A stretch of DNA of 64,000 bases from an uncultured delta proteobacterium (GCA_963771465.1 CAVYTU010000014.1:1096598-1160597); one strand, 5' to 3'. Shown: positions 22,613 through 34,500, numbered from the stretch's first letter. Notes: generated by a model not told the origin, from the sequence alone. Numbers and translations: made by a program.

Positions 22613-23352
22613 AGGACAATCCGGTCTGGCGCGAAAGCATCGAGGTTTTCTTTGTCGAGGGGCACGGCTATCAGGTTTATTTTTATCTGTTGATCATTCT
22701 CACGCCGGTAGAATTTTTCTCGTTATATATTCCTTCCCTCGACGCCCAAATGTGGAGCGGTTCGGCGAGTCTGTTCAGAGTCACGGCGGTGAGCGCGCTG
22801 CTGTTGATCGTCTATTTTTCCTTGCGAGTGGCCAATCAGGAGTTTGCGCCGTGGCGGTTTCGGCCGATCAAACATTGGCTCGGCCAACAAGGTCAGCCCG
22901 CCGCCGCGGTGCGCCGCGGGCAACTATTTTTTCTTTTGGCCCATATCGGCCTCTCATTGCTGGTCTCGGCGCCGCTCTTGGTCTGGGCCGGCGCCGTGGC
23001 GCGCACACCGCTCACGAGCATCGCCGTGACCTTTCTGTTGCTCTCCTTTTACGCGCTGAGCTACGGTGTCTGGGGGCTCGCCTCGCTGGCGCTTTGGGAG
23101 CGTCGCGTGGAGAACCGGCAAGTTTTTATCCGTTGCTTTTTTACCTGCTTGGTGATTTTGTCGGCGTTGTTTTATCTGCCACTCAACCCGATCGCGTTTC
23201 TACTGGCGTATCTCAGCCGGCAAGAGTTGGCACCGCTAACGATTTTCGGTTGGCAATGGCCGGCGCCCTATCTCCATTTCACTTTTCATCTCATGCTCGG
23301 CGCCTCAGGCTACGCCTTGCAACGTTGGGCGTTGCAAAGGGAGGCGTCATGA
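22609..23352 (+). CDS. Multi-pass membrane protein (ABC-2 permease-like)
   Basis: About 6 hydrophobic segments, NPVWRE N-terminus, ATGA coupling on both sides. Confidence 0.7.
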   Translation: MKDNPVWRESIEVFFVEGHGYQVYFYLLIILTPVEFFSLYIPSLDAQMWSGSASLFRVTAVSALLLIVYFSLRVANQEFAPWRFRPIKHWLGQQGQPAAAVRRGQLFFLLAHIGLSLLVSAPLLVWAGAVARTPLTSIAVTFLLLSFYALSYGVWGLASLALWERRVENRQVFIRCFFTCLVILSALFYLPLNPIAFLLAYLSRQELAPLTIFGWQWPAPYLHFTFHLMLGASGYALQRWALQREAS

Positions 23353-24779
23353 ACCCGCTGGCCGTCGCGCTCCAGGAGAAATTTGCCGCGTTACTTAGTT
23401 GGGAGCGGCGCAAGCGCAGCGAGCAGATACTGCTCACCCTTGCCGGAGTGGCGCTAGCCGTGACGATCGCGCTGATGCCGCTGAACGGCTATTTGCCGAT
23501 GGACGCGTTGCGCTGGCTGATGCCGGTGATCGTAGCGCTGGGGATCTCGCCGGTTATTTTCTACCGTCAACGCTGGCGCCCAAGAGATGTCACCCGCGCG
23601 CTGGCGCAGATCGACAAAGAACTTCAGCTTGACGAACGTGTGAGCACCGCTTGGGAATTGTCCGCGGCAGTCGATCAGAGCGCCACCGCTCAGTTAGTGA
23701 TTAAACAAACGGAAGCCGGTTTGCGCGCAGTGCAACCGCGCGATTTGTTTCCACGTCAATGGCGTTGGCAAAGCTACGCCGCGTTGCCGTTGATGATTCT
23801 CTGGTTCGGTTTGCTGTGGTTTGATGCCGATCGCCCCGACTTGGCGCAGCAAAGTGTTAACGCGCCACGGACGCTGGCGCAGAAGCTGGGCGAATTTGCC
23901 CGTGACTTGCAAGAAAAAGCCAAGAGCGAAGGTTTGCCGGAAAGCTTTAAAGCGGGACAAGAGCTGGAAAAGGTTGCGCGCAAGAATATCGAGGCTAAAA
24001 CCGGCGACGAGCAGCTCAAAAAAGAAGTTTCCGGCATGGCCAAAAAATTTGAATCCGCGGCAAAGACCGGCGCCGAGAAGAATTCCTTCACGGCCGGCGA
24101 ATCCGAGCAGAGCTTACGGGATCTCAAGGCCGAGTTGGATGCAGCGCACGATCTGTTGGAGCTACCCGACGGCGTCAAAGGGAGCCAAGAATTGCCGCAA
24201 CAGTGGATGGATCGCTTGGCTTCATTGCCACAGCTCAAGAAGCAATTGGACAAAGAGCAGCAAGCCGGGCCGGGCATGGGTCAAAATCAACTCAAGGCAT
24301 TTCTCGACCGCATGAATCAGCAGGCGACCGGCGCCCTCGACCGGCGGGCGCTCATCGACGCGCAAAAATTTCTCGACCAGATGATGCAACAAGGACAAGG
24401 CCAGAAATCTGACAGCCAGACGCAGATGGCCGGCCGGGGCGAACCAGACGGCAGCGACGACGGCGCGCGCGAAAAAAATCACAGCAACTCGCCCGGCAAA
24501 GAGCCGGGGAAAAAAGACGACGGAGCCAATTCGTTGCCGGAGTTTCGCGGCGGCGCACAGACGCAAATCAAAGGATTGCTTGGCGCGGGCGAGAGCAGCG
24601 GCGTGGCTTTCAAGGGCAAGCCGCCGACCGGAAAAAGCGCGCTCAGTCAGCAAGCCGTGGTGGCCAACTATCGGCGCCAGGCTGAGCAGGAGCTGAATTC
24701 GGAACGTGTTCCCGAAGCGTTGAAAGAGACGATACGGAATTATTTCTTGTCGCTGGAGAATAGTGAGCCAAGCAAGTGA
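23349..24779 (+). CDS. Membrane-anchored coiled-coil protein (DUF4175-like)
   Basis: TM pair, LDERVSTAWEL, coiled coil, G/Q-rich linker, ERVPEALKETIRNYF C-terminus; ATG at 23349. Confidence 0.75.
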   Translation: MNPLAVALQEKFAALLSWERRKRSEQILLTLAGVALAVTIALMPLNGYLPMDALRWLMPVIVALGISPVIFYRQRWRPRDVTRALAQIDKELQLDERVSTAWELSAAVDQSATAQLVIKQTEAGLRAVQPRDLFPRQWRWQSYAALPLMILWFGLLWFDADRPDLAQQSVNAPRTLAQKLGEFARDLQEKAKSEGLPESFKAGQELEKVARKNIEAKTGDEQLKKEVSGMAKKFESAAKTGAEKNSFTAGESEQSLRDLKAELDAAHDLLELPDGVKGSQELPQQWMDRLASLPQLKKQLDKEQQAGPGMGQNQLKAFLDRMNQQATGALDRRALIDAQKFLDQMMQQGQGQKSDSQTQMAGRGEPDGSDDGAREKNHSNSPGKEPGKKDDGANSLPEFRGGAQTQIKGLLGAGESSGVAFKGKPPTGKSALSQQAVVANYRRQAEQELNSERVPEALKETIRNYFLSLENSEPSK

Positions 24780-24800
24780 GTTGCCACAGGGAGTCCCATC

Positions 24801-25804
<1,004 letters not shown>

Positions 25805-25808
<4 letters not shown>

Positions 25809-26879
25809 CGATGGCTTTGGAGTCAAGGGTAGCGAGTCTCGAGTTGAGGTTCCAGCGCTTTGCGGCGCTATTGGCGAAGGTTGCTCGTCGCGCGCGTGGG
25901 AAGGGTTTTCGCTTCCCGCGCAGTGACAGGGACAGGCACGAAGAAAATCCACGCCTGGCTGTCTCCCAAGGCAAAACTCCAGACAGCCATCCGGAAACCT
26001 TCTTCGACACCGACTTTCTGCGCAAGCTCGAACGCTTGCACCTGATCGCCAAGCGGCTAAGTTGGGCCGGCGCCAAGGGCGAGCATGCGGTGTCGCGCAA
26101 GGGATTTAGCTTAGAATTCTCCGATTACCGGCGCTATCAGCCGGGCGACGACCTGCGTTACGTCGATTGGAATATTTATCGCCGCCTCGATCGGCTGCTA
26201 TTAAAGGTGTTCACCGCCGAAGAGGAGTTGAATATTTATCTGCTGGTCGATACCAGCCGATCGATGGCAGTGGGGGCCGAGGGCGCGCCGGTCAAAACTC
26301 GACTACGCCAAGAAAGTCGCCGCGGCGTTGGGCTATATCGGGCTTAAAAACCTCGACCGCGTCGGCGGCGCGCCGTTTTCAACGGCGCTGCATAAGCCGC
26401 TGACTCTCGGCCGCGGGCGAAAACAGATTCTCAGCATGTTCAGTTTTCTCAACCACCTGTCGTGCAGCGGCGAGACCAATTTGCGCGCGTCGATTCATGC
26501 CTTCACCAATCTGTTTCCCCATCCGGGATTTGTCGTGATCGTCAGCGACCTGTTCGATCCTGAAGGTTGGCGCCGAGCGTTGGAAGAGTTGACGGCGAAA
26601 CGATACCAGCCGCTAGTGATTCACATCGTCGATGAACAAGAGCTGCAACCCAAGGCCTGGGGTGATGTCGCCCTCATCGACGTCGAAGGCGGGCGCGAGC
26701 GGAAATTTTTTCTTGACGACGATTTAGTCCGGCGCTTCCAAGCGGAGCTGGCGAGTTATTTCAAGGATATCGAAACGGTGTGCGCCAGCCGGCGCATCGA
26801 TTACCTGCGCACGACGACGCAGGTGCCCTTCGACGAGTTCGTCTTGCAGACGCTGCGCCAGGTGAGCAGCGTGGCGTGA
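25805..26879 (+). CDS. DUF58 protein, split by a single extra base near 26291
   Basis: EFSDYRRYQPGDDLRYVDWN and DTSRSM in the first frame. Removing one G gives GAPSKLDYAKKVAAALGYIGLKNLD...VSDL in the second. Real frameshift or sequencing error. Confidence 0.85.
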
Positions 26880-26897
26880 ATCAATCCCGGCTCGATT

Positions 26898-29800
26898 ATG
26901 CTCTGGTCTTTGCCCTCCGCGCTTTTCCTGCTCGCCGCGGCGTTGCCGCTGATCTTGTTTCTCCATAGCCTCAAGCCGCGCGGCTTGAAGATCGCCACGA
27001 CCACGTTGTTTCTTTGGGACCGGGTCTTGCGCGAGCGGCCGCTGCATGCCCGCCTCGGTTGGCTCTTGCGCAAAAATCTTTTACTGATTCTGCAATTAAT
27101 TGCGGCACTCGCGTTGATCGCGGCCCTGGCCGATCCATCGTTACTGCATTTCGGTGCACCGTCCGGCGATCTCGTCGTCGTGCTCGACCTGAGCGCGAGC
27201 ATGAAGGCCAAGGGCAAAAGCGGTACGCGCTTCGACGCCGCGCGCCGAGAATTTCTCGCTTTAGTCGATGGCCTGGGCGCGCAACAAAAAATGCTCGTCA
27301 TCGCCGCCAGCACGCAGCCGCGCCTGGTTGCGCCGTTTACTTCCGACCAACGCAAGCTTCGTGAGCTCGGCGCAAGTATCGAAGCGACCGATGCGCAGGG
27401 GCGGGTTAAAGACGCGATTCTTTTCGCCCACGGGTTTTTAAAACGCGCCAGCGCCGACCGCGTCATCGTTATCAGCGACGGCGCCTTCAGCGGCGCCGAA
27501 GAATACGCCAAAGCGGCGGCGCATTTGAGCTTCATCAAGATTGACGGCGTCAGGGACGGGACCGGCAATATCGGCATCATCGGTTTCGAAGTGCGCCGCC
27601 AGCCCGATCGGCCGTCGTCAGCCGAGATCATGGTGCATGTTCGCAACTTCACTAAGCGGGCGATCAAGGTGCCGCTGGTCTTGAGCTTAGGTGAGAAAAC
27701 GTTGCTGCGCGACGAGATTGAAATCGGTGCCGACGACCGGCGTGTATTAATCTATCCTTTCGACGGCAGCTTGACCGGCGCGCTGACCGCGCGACTGGAA
27801 ATCGACGACGACTTCGCCACCGACAACCGCGCCTATCTCGCCGTCAACGACGCGCCGACCGTGCGCCTGCTCTACATCGGCCCGGGAAACCCTTATCTGA
27901 GTAATCTCCTGCGGCTGTTCGCCAACGTTGAGGTGGTTGCAGCGGCGCGCTGGGAGGCCGAGCTCGTGCGCGCACAAAAGCCGTTTGACGTGGTCATCTT
28001 CGATCGCGTCCCGGTGCCGGCATTGACCCAGGGCAATTTTATTTTGATCGACACCGTCGCGCCCAATCTGCCGATCCAACTCCAGGGGAAGATTCAAGCG
28101 CCGCGCGTGACCGCGCCGCTGGCGAAGCATGCGCTGACCGAAGGTTTGGGTCTCGGCGATTTGCGCGTGCACGAGGCGTTGCGCGTCGCCCTCGCTGGCG
28201 ATGCGACGGCCCTAGCGCGGTCGGATGAAGGACCGCTGCTGGTCGCCATGGAACGCGGCAAGCTCCGTCTGCTGTTCATCGGCTTCGATCTTGCGGCCTC
28301 GGACCTGCCGCTGCGCATCGCGTTTCCCGTGCTGATGCACAACGCGCTGGAATGGTTTCAGCCCCAGCGCGTGGAATTTCCCGCTCAGAGCGCCCAGGCG
28401 GGCACACCCTTGGCGTTACGCTTCCCAGCCGGTGACGGCGCGCTGGAGATTACTTTGCCGTCGGGCAAAAGCGAAAGTTTCAGTAATACGGTAAATCCGT
28501 TTCTGTTCGCCGATACTTTCCATAGTGGCTTTTACGGCTTTAAAAGTGCCGGGCGCGCAGGTCGATTCGCAGTCAATCTCTTCGATGAAAACGAATCGAA
28601 TATCGCGCCGCGCCTAAGCGCGACGACAAAGGCCGCAGGGAGCAGCGAGAGTAGTGGTATCGTCGAGAACGCCTTCTCACTTTGGCCGTTTCTGCTCGGC
28701 GCCGTACTGCTGTTGCTAGGGTTGGAGTTATTTCTCGCGTTGCGCCAGAGCCTGGCGCTTTACCCAGTTCTGGTTCGCGGTACAGCGTTGGCCGCGCTCG
28801 CGTTGGCATTGTTCAACCCGCGGATTTTCAACTCAACCACGGCGCTCGATGTTATCTTCGGCGTCGATCTGTCGCGCAGCGTCGGCCAAGAAGGGCGCGA
28901 GAAAGCGCGCGATGTGCTCGAAGCCGCTGAGCGATTTCACAGTCCGATGACGCGTACCGGTCTGCTCGCTTTCGGCCAGGCGCCGGAGTGGGAGTTTTTG
29001 CCGCGTGAAAAGATCGGCGCCGCCGATTTCGGGGCGCGCTTGGCGCGCGATGAAACTGACATTCAAGCGGCGCTGCAAGCGGCGTTGGCGCAGATCGGCG
29101 AAGGGCGCCAGGGCAGAATTCTGTTGCTTTCCGACGGCAACGAGAATCGCGGCGAGACCGCACGGGTCGCGCCGCTGCTGCGCAGCCAAGGAGTGTCGGT
29201 GTGGACCTTGCCGGTGAGTTTATCGCGCGGCCGCAATGAGATTTATTTGAGCGACTTCACGTTGCCGCGCCAAGTCGACAGCGCCGAAGGGTTCGAGATA
29301 CGCGCCGCCATCGAAAGCTGGCGCGATGCGCCGGCGCGGCTGCGCTTGCTGCGCGACGGTGTCGTGCGGATCGAGCAGGAGCTGCGCTTGAAAGCCGGCG
29401 CCAATGCGCTCAGTTTTCGCGACAACCTGACCGAGCGCGGCAATCATAACTACGAGCTCTTGGTCGAGTCGGCCGACGACACGCTGGCGGAAAACAATTT
29501 CTTGCAGGGTGTCGTCGAAGTGAAGGGGCCGCCACGAGTGCTGTTGCTTTCGGCCCACGCGGAAAGCCAACGGGTGATCTCCGGCGTATTGCAGACCCAA
29601 GGCTACGCAGTGGTCGCGTCTACGCCCGAGCGCCATTCGTTGTCGATGGCAGAGCTTTCCGCCTTCGATCTCTTGGTGCTCGACAACGTGCCGGCGTTTC
29701 AATTGTCCCACGCCAAGATGGAGAATATTGAAAAATACACGCGTGACTTGGGCGGCGGCTTGCTGGTCATCGGCGGCTCGCAAAGCTACGGCGCCGGCGG

Positions 29801-31238
29801 CTATTTTCGCACGCCGCTGGAGCGCATTTTGCCCGTCGACATGCGCCCGCCGGCGCGCCTCGACATGCCCCATGTGGCGCTGCTTTTCGTCCTCGACAAG
29901 TCGGGCAGCATGGGCGCCGGCGGGGAAGGTAGCACCAAACTCGATCTTGCCAAGGCTGCCGCCATCGCCGCCGCCGACATCATGAACCCGACGGATCAAG
30001 TCGGTATTCTTGCGTTCGACGCCAACTGGGATTGGGCTTTGCCGTTTCGCCAGGTCGGCAAAGGCGAATGGATTTCCGAGAAGCTGGCTAATTTGCAATC
30101 CGACGGCGGCACCGATCTCTACAAGGCGATGGTCGAAGCGCAGCGCGGCATCGCTGGGAAGCAAGCCGCGATCAAGCACGTGATCGTGCTCTCCGACGGA
30201 CTGACGGACAAGGCGGACTTTCAATCTTTGGTCAGTAAGATGGCGCGCGACGGCATCACCGTTTCTACCGTATCGGTGGGCAGTGACGCCGATGTTAAAC
30301 TGATGGCCGAGATCGCCAAAGAAGGCCGGGGACGCGGCTATGTAGCGCTCGATCCGCAGACGATTCCGCAGATTTTTACCACTGAGACTTTGCTGATATC
30401 GCGCGATCTGCTGATCGAAAAAACCGTGACGCCGACGATTGTGGCGCCGAGCGGGCCGCTTAAAGGCATTGCGCAAGCTAATTTGCCGCCACTGCGCGGC
30501 TATGTTTTAACCTATCCCAAGCCGCGCTCGGAACTGCTCATGCGCGTGGATAAAGATCCACTGTTGGTCTCTTGGCGCTACGGACTCGGTCGGGTGATGG
30601 CATTCACATCGGACTTGAGCGGCCGTTGGGGCAAAGATTGGGTCAGCTGGCGGAGCTTTCCTCAATGGGCGAGCCAGATCAGCCGCGACACGCTGAGAAA
30701 GGTTCTCGACTCCAAGGTGCGTGCGGAATTTAGCGCCGACGGCGAGTCGGTAAAGATAGTCACCGATCTGGCGGCGCGCGACGGCAAGTTTCTGAATCAT
30801 CTGAAGCTGAAGGCCAATGTCACCGCGCCGGATCGCACGACGCACGAGCCGACGCTGCAACAAAGCGCGCCGGGACGTTACGAAGGACAGTTTACGCCGG
30901 CGGCCCGCGGCATTCATTTTGTCACGCTTTATGCCGAGGGCAACGCCAATGAGCCGCCCGTGGCGGTGGCGACCATTCCCTATATCGCGCCTTATCCCAA
31001 AGAGTACCGCGAGTTAAAACCCAACCTATCGCTACTGAGCCGGCTCGCCGAAGAAACCGGCGGGGAGATGCTCGATCCGGAAAAATTCACCGACGGCTTG
31101 AAACGTCTATACACACCGACCGTTGGAAAAAGCACCCAAGGAAAAGACACCTGGTGGCCGCTGGCGGGCGCGTCGCTGTTTTTATTCCTCGCCGATCTGG
31201 TGCTGCGCAGTTGGCCGCGCAAAGCTATTTTGACCTGA
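26898..31238 (+). CDS. BatA + triple VWA + GATase-like membrane fusion protein
   Basis: BatA N-terminus, MIDAS motifs DLSASM, DLSRSV, DKSGSM, GGGLLVIGG..SYGAGGY, C-terminal TM. Confidence 0.85.
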   Translation: MLWSLPSALFLLAAALPLILFLHSLKPRGLKIATTTLFLWDRVLRERPLHARLGWLLRKNLLLILQLIAALALIAALADPSLLHFGAPSGDLVVVLDLSASMKAKGKSGTRFDAARREFLALVDGLGAQQKMLVIAASTQPRLVAPFTSDQRKLRELGASIEATDAQGRVKDAILFAHGFLKRASADRVIVISDGAFSGAEEYAKAAAHLSFIKIDGVRDGTGNIGIIGFEVRRQPDRPSSAEIMVHVRNFTKRAIKVPLVLSLGEKTLLRDEIEIGADDRRVLIYPFDGSLTGALTARLEIDDDFATDNRAYLAVNDAPTVRLLYIGPGNPYLSNLLRLFANVEVVAAARWEAELVRAQKPFDVVIFDRVPVPALTQGNFILIDTVAPNLPIQLQGKIQAPRVTAPLAKHALTEGLGLGDLRVHEALRVALAGDATALARSDEGPLLVAMERGKLRLLFIGFDLAASDLPLRIAFPVLMHNALEWFQPQRVEFPAQSAQAGTPLALRFPAGDGALEITLPSGKSESFSNTVNPFLFADTFHSGFYGFKSAGRAGRFAVNLFDENESNIAPRLSATTKAAGSSESSGIVENAFSLWPFLLGAVLLLLGLELFLALRQSLALYPVLVRGTALAALALALFNPRIFNSTTALDVIFGVDLSRSVGQEGREKARDVLEAAERFHSPMTRTGLLAFGQAPEWEFLPREKIGAADFGARLARDETDIQAALQAALAQIGEGRQGRILLLSDGNENRGETARVAPLLRSQGVSVWTLPVSLSRGRNEIYLSDFTLPRQVDSAEGFEIRAAIESWRDAPARLRLLRDGVVRIEQELRLKAGANALSFRDNLTERGNHNYELLVESADDTLAENNFLQGVVEVKGPPRVLLLSAHAESQRVISGVLQTQGYAVVASTPERHSLSMAELSAFDLLVLDNVPAFQLSHAKMENIEKYTRDLGGGLLVIGGSQSYGAGGYFRTPLERILPVDMRPPARLDMPHVALLFVLDKSGSMGAGGEGSTKLDLAKAAAIAAADIMNPTDQVGILAFDANWDWALPFRQVGKGEWISEKLANLQSDGGTDLYKAMVEAQRGIAGKQAAIKHVIVLSDGLTDKADFQSLVSKMARDGITVSTVSVGSDADVKLMAEIAKEGRGRGYVALDPQTIPQIFTTETLLISRDLLIEKTVTPTIVAPSGPLKGIAQANLPPLRGYVLTYPKPRSELLMRVDKDPLLVSWRYGLGRVMAFTSDLSGRWGKDWVSWRSFPQWASQISRDTLRKVLDSKVRAEFSADGESVKIVTDLAARDGKFLNHLKLKANVTAPDRTTHEPTLQQSAPGRYEGQFTPAARGIHFVTLYAEGNANEPPVAVATIPYIAPYPKEYRELKPNLSLLSRLAEETGGEMLDPEKFTDGLKRLYTPTVGKSTQGKDTWWPLAGASLFLFLADLVLRSWPRKAILT

Positions 31239-31271
31239 CGATGCGATTCCACCGCTTGTGATATGAGCGCT

Positions 31272-31309
31272 GGGTAGGTATTATTTACCCGACGATTGGT
31301 ATGACCAAT
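31272..31309 (+). promoter_or_regulatory. Inverted repeats upstream of the TA operon (candidate antitoxin operators)
   Basis: GGGTA-N9-TACCC and ATTGGT-ATG-ACCAAT just before the GGAGG RBS. Confidence 0.5.
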
Positions 31310-31320
31310 TGGAGGTAGTC

Positions 31321-31554
31321 ATGGCCCGAAAAGTTAAACTCACGCTCAGTTTAGACGAGGACGTCGTAGAGACCCTGGACTCTGTCAGCAAGCAAAGTAA
31401 GCAGCCTCGTAGCCGCGTGGTCCAAGATGCGATCCAGTTGTGGCAGCGCCGGCGGCTTCAGCAAGAACTGGCCGAAGGTTACCGCTCCATGAGCAAAGAA
31501 GATCAGGAAACAGCGGAACAACGATTGGCTGCGTTTCGGGAGATTCTCGAATGA
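31321..31554 (+). CDS. Ribbon-helix-helix antitoxin (CopG/NdoAI-like)
   Basis: KLTLSLDEDVV..LD....RSRVVQDAI...LAEGY; overlaps the toxin by ATGA. Confidence 0.85.
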   Translation: MARKVKLTLSLDEDVVETLDSVSKQSKQPRSRVVQDAIQLWQRRRLQQELAEGYRSMSKEDQETAEQRLAAFREILE

Positions 31555-31895
31555 CCTCCCTGAGTCTGCGCCGCGGTGAGGTCTGGTTGGTGAATTTCAA
31601 TCCCGGGCGAGGAAGCGAACAAAGAGGAATCCGACCGGCACTTGTCATTCAGAATGACACGGGAAATATCTACGCCTCCACGACGATCGTCGCTGCAATC
31701 ACGACTACGATTAAAGAATTCCCCATCACGGTTGTATTAGCGGTGGGTGACGGAGGGCTTCGGCAGCGATCGATGGTGAATACCGGACAGATACTGACCA
31801 TCGATAAAGCGCGTCTACAAAAACGGTTAGGCCGATTGAGCGATTCCAATATGCGTAGAGTAGAAACGGCGATTCGCGTGAGCCTCGATATCTGA
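31551..31895 (+). CDS. mazF: PemK/MazF family endoribonuclease toxin
   Basis: RGEVWLVNFNPGRGSEQRGIRPALVIQND.GN, QILTIDKARL. Confidence 0.92.
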   Translation: MTSLSLRRGEVWLVNFNPGRGSEQRGIRPALVIQNDTGNIYASTTIVAAITTTIKEFPITVVLAVGDGGLRQRSMVNTGQILTIDKARLQKRLGRLSDSNMRRVETAIRVSLDI

Positions 31896-31987
31896 TAAAC
31901 ATTTATCGGTGCGTTCCGATGGCCAACGAAACAGAACTTGCGAGGCGCGCAACTCAATTTCAATAAGGAAGCTAGGTAGATTAACTC

Positions 31988-32992
31988 ATGAGAAGAGCAT
32001 TTGCTTCGGCATTATTTTTATTTGTTTTATTGCCTTTTTTTAGGTCTGAGGCGCAGCCACTGCAACGCGTGCGCGTTGCGTTGTCGACGCCGACGCCGCA
32101 TATGGCGCCGCTCTGGGTGGCCAAGGATAAAAAGTTTTTCGAAAGGCATGGTCTCGATGTCCAGCTCATTCTGGTCAACAGCGGTTCGCTGGTGGCGCAG
32201 ATGTTTGCCGCGGGTGAGTTGCAGATTACCGCCAATGCGCCGGCCTCGCTGGTCAATCTGGTCGCCGGCGGCGAGCGGATTGCGTTTTTCCTCGGTCTCA
32301 GCAACACGACGCCATTCTCGGTGATCACCCAGCCGAACATTCGCCGGGCCGAGGATTTAAAAGGCAAGAAGATCGGCACGGCGCGCTTCGGCGGCTCATC
32401 GCATATTTCCGCGCTGATCGCGCTGGAGCATTTGGGACTGGACTTGAAACGCGACAGGATTACGTTGATTCAAACCGGCGTCGATCCCGACCGCATGGCG
32501 GCGCTTGACGCCAAAGCGATCGATGCCGGCATGCTGCAGCGGGTTGCGACCAAAGTCATGACCGCCAAAGGATTTAACAATTTGCTCAACATGCACGCGG
32601 CGAAGGTGCAGTATCAGAACACCGGTCTGGCGATGAAACGGGATTACGCCGCGGCCAATCCCAAGGCGATCGACGGCCTCACCCGCGCCATGATCGAGGC
32701 TTACGGTTTCATCTTTCACAAAGACAACAAGCAATCCGTGAAGGAAGTCATCGCGCGCAATCTCCGCCTGCCGAAACTCGAAGCGGCGGAAGATTTTTAT
32801 TTGGAAGCGCTCGAAGAGCTCGACCGCAAGCCCTATCCGACGCTCGAAGGTATGCGCATCGTAATCAAGTACGTCGCCGAGCAAAACCCAAAAGCCGCCG
32901 GCATGAAAGCCGAAGAGATCGTCGATCAAAGCTGGTTGAAGCGGCTCGACGGCGAAGGGTTTTTTGACAAAGTTTACGGCGGGAAGTTCTAA
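31988..32992 (+). CDS. ABC transporter substrate-binding protein (NMT1/THI5/SsuA-like), orphan
   Basis: Signal peptide, PLWVAKDKKFFERHGLDV, EDLKGKKIG. Confidence 0.85.
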   Translation: MRRAFASALFLFVLLPFFRSEAQPLQRVRVALSTPTPHMAPLWVAKDKKFFERHGLDVQLILVNSGSLVAQMFAAGELQITANAPASLVNLVAGGERIAFFLGLSNTTPFSVITQPNIRRAEDLKGKKIGTARFGGSSHISALIALEHLGLDLKRDRITLIQTGVDPDRMAALDAKAIDAGMLQRVATKVMTAKGFNNLLNMHAAKVQYQNTGLAMKRDYAAANPKAIDGLTRAMIEAYGFIFHKDNKQSVKEVIARNLRLPKLEAAEDFYLEALEELDRKPYPTLEGMRIVIKYVAEQNPKAAGMKAEEIVDQSWLKRLDGEGFFDKVYGGKF

Positions 32993-33326
32993 CCGCTGAT
33001 TGCCTCACGTTACATTTCGCACCGTCCATTCAATGCATTCCGCCGCGGAGTCTTGCGGCGGCGAGTTTTGGTTGCTTACCAAGACCAGAGACAGGCACGG
33101 GCAGCGGCCGTCCTACCGCTCAGTTTCTTTAATTTTTTCGCAGCGCTGCGTGTCGAATTAGGGTATAATCGATGGCGTGGTGAGTGACTTGATGAATACT
33201 TTTGCATCCGAGGAACGTCTAATAGGTAAGAGGATTAAAACTTTGAACAATGGTCCGATAGTTACGATTAAGAAACGCCGTAGCGGCGAGAGTAGCGCAG
33301 CTAAGGTTAACTCCGAAGAGGTGACG

Positions 33327-33521
33327 ATGAAACCGGGAGATGGTTTGAAAACTACTAAACCGATTCGCTCGCAGAAAACCGGCACTCTATTGCCGCGCGA
33401 AGGAACCTTTGTCCGTGCCGTCGAAAACATGGGACGGCAGCTGATTCTGGTTAACTTCGGCACGGCGGGAGAAGAATATCTCTTCCCCGATGAGATTGTG
33501 CTGCAACCTGCCAAGGGCTAA
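33327..33521 (+). CDS. Small hypothetical protein (beta-rich)
   Basis: GAGGTG RBS before ATG at 33327; MKPGDGLKT...EEYLFPDEI. Confidence 0.6.
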   Translation: MKPGDGLKTTKPIRSQKTGTLLPREGTFVRAVENMGRQLILVNFGTAGEEYLFPDEIVLQPAKG

Positions 33522-33730
33522 AACTTCTTTCACTGCGACGGCACGAAGAACTCGTACGTCGTAAGGATTAGCCTGCTAATCCTTCACCCAGCGAAGTATC
33601 CTACGCTTGCGCGTGTATCGTCTTTTTGTCCTAGGTTCCCGCTGTTGGGGGGCGCAACCTGCCTGCCGCAAGCTTTGGCATCATCCTGCGAGATTTGATA
33701 GAAGCAATGACATTAGCCGGGAGGTATGTC

Positions 33731-34075
33731 ATGAGCGAGCGAGTGATCAAGGGTTATCACGCGCACATTTACTACGATCCGAAAACGACACGTGATGCGG
33801 CGGCGAAGGTGCGCGCCGGGTTGGCGCAGTTTAACGTTCAGCTTGGCAGCTGGCATGATGAAGCGGTGGGGCCGCATCTCGATGCCATGTACCAGGCGGT
33901 TTTCACCCAGGAAGAGTTCGCCCAAGTCGTGCCTTGGCTTATGCTGCACCGCGAGGGGTTGTCCGTGCTCGTCCATCCGTCGACGGGAGACGGTTACGGC
34001 GACCATATGGAGCGCTCGCTGTGGTTGGGCGATCGATTGAAATTGAACGAGGTCGCGCTTACGCGCGGTCATTGA
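33731..34075 (+). CDS. DOPA 4,5-dioxygenase family protein
   Basis: YHAHIYY, VGPH, WLMLHREGLSVLVHP.TG...DH...WLG. Confidence 0.9.
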   Translation: MSERVIKGYHAHIYYDPKTTRDAAAKVRAGLAQFNVQLGSWHDEAVGPHLDAMYQAVFTQEEFAQVVPWLMLHREGLSVLVHPSTGDGYGDHMERSLWLGDRLKLNEVALTRGH

Positions 34076-34092
34076 GCTTTGCTGAGTTGGCG

Positions 34093-34455
34093 ATGAAACG
34101 CATCTACAGCGCCAAAGATCCGCTGATGATCGGCCACTTGAAGAACGTCATGGCGACGTTCGGCATCAAATGCGTAACGCGAAAACTCGATCTGATCAGC
34201 GCGGCGGGCCAGTTGCCGCCGACCGAATGCTGGCCGGAGCTTTGGGTCGTCGACGACGACAAAGCGAGTCGCGCGCGATCGATTCTCAAAAAAACTATGG
34301 CGCCGCTGGCTTCGGTGAAAAAGTCCTGGACGTGCAGCGGCTGCGATGAAAAGATCGAAGGCCAATTCTCCGAGTGCTGGAACTGTGGCTGCGACCGCGC
34401 CGGCGCAAAGTCGCGCGGCGTGGTCAAACTCGCGTCGCTGCCGCGCCGCCGCTAG
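34093..34455 (+). CDS. DUF2007 domain protein with C-terminal zinc finger
   Basis: AGQLPPTECWPELWV; WTC..C.E.IEGQFSECWNCG. Confidence 0.85.
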   Translation: MKRIYSAKDPLMIGHLKNVMATFGIKCVTRKLDLISAAGQLPPTECWPELWVVDDDKASRARSILKKTMAPLASVKKSWTCSGCDEKIEGQFSECWNCGCDRAGAKSRGVVKLASLPRRR

Positions 34456-34500
34456 CTCGCTTCGAAAGAATCAAAACAAAAAAATTAGCAGGGAGTGTTC

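Noticed and set aside
22752-23348. N-terminal extension of the 675-aa ORF
   Set aside because: It overlaps the permease-like gene; the ATGA-coupled ATG at 23349 is the better start.
33674-33690. Sigma54-like TGGCATCATCCTGC upstream of the DOPA dioxygenase gene
   Set aside because: GG-GC spacing is one base short of the strict -24/-12 requirement.
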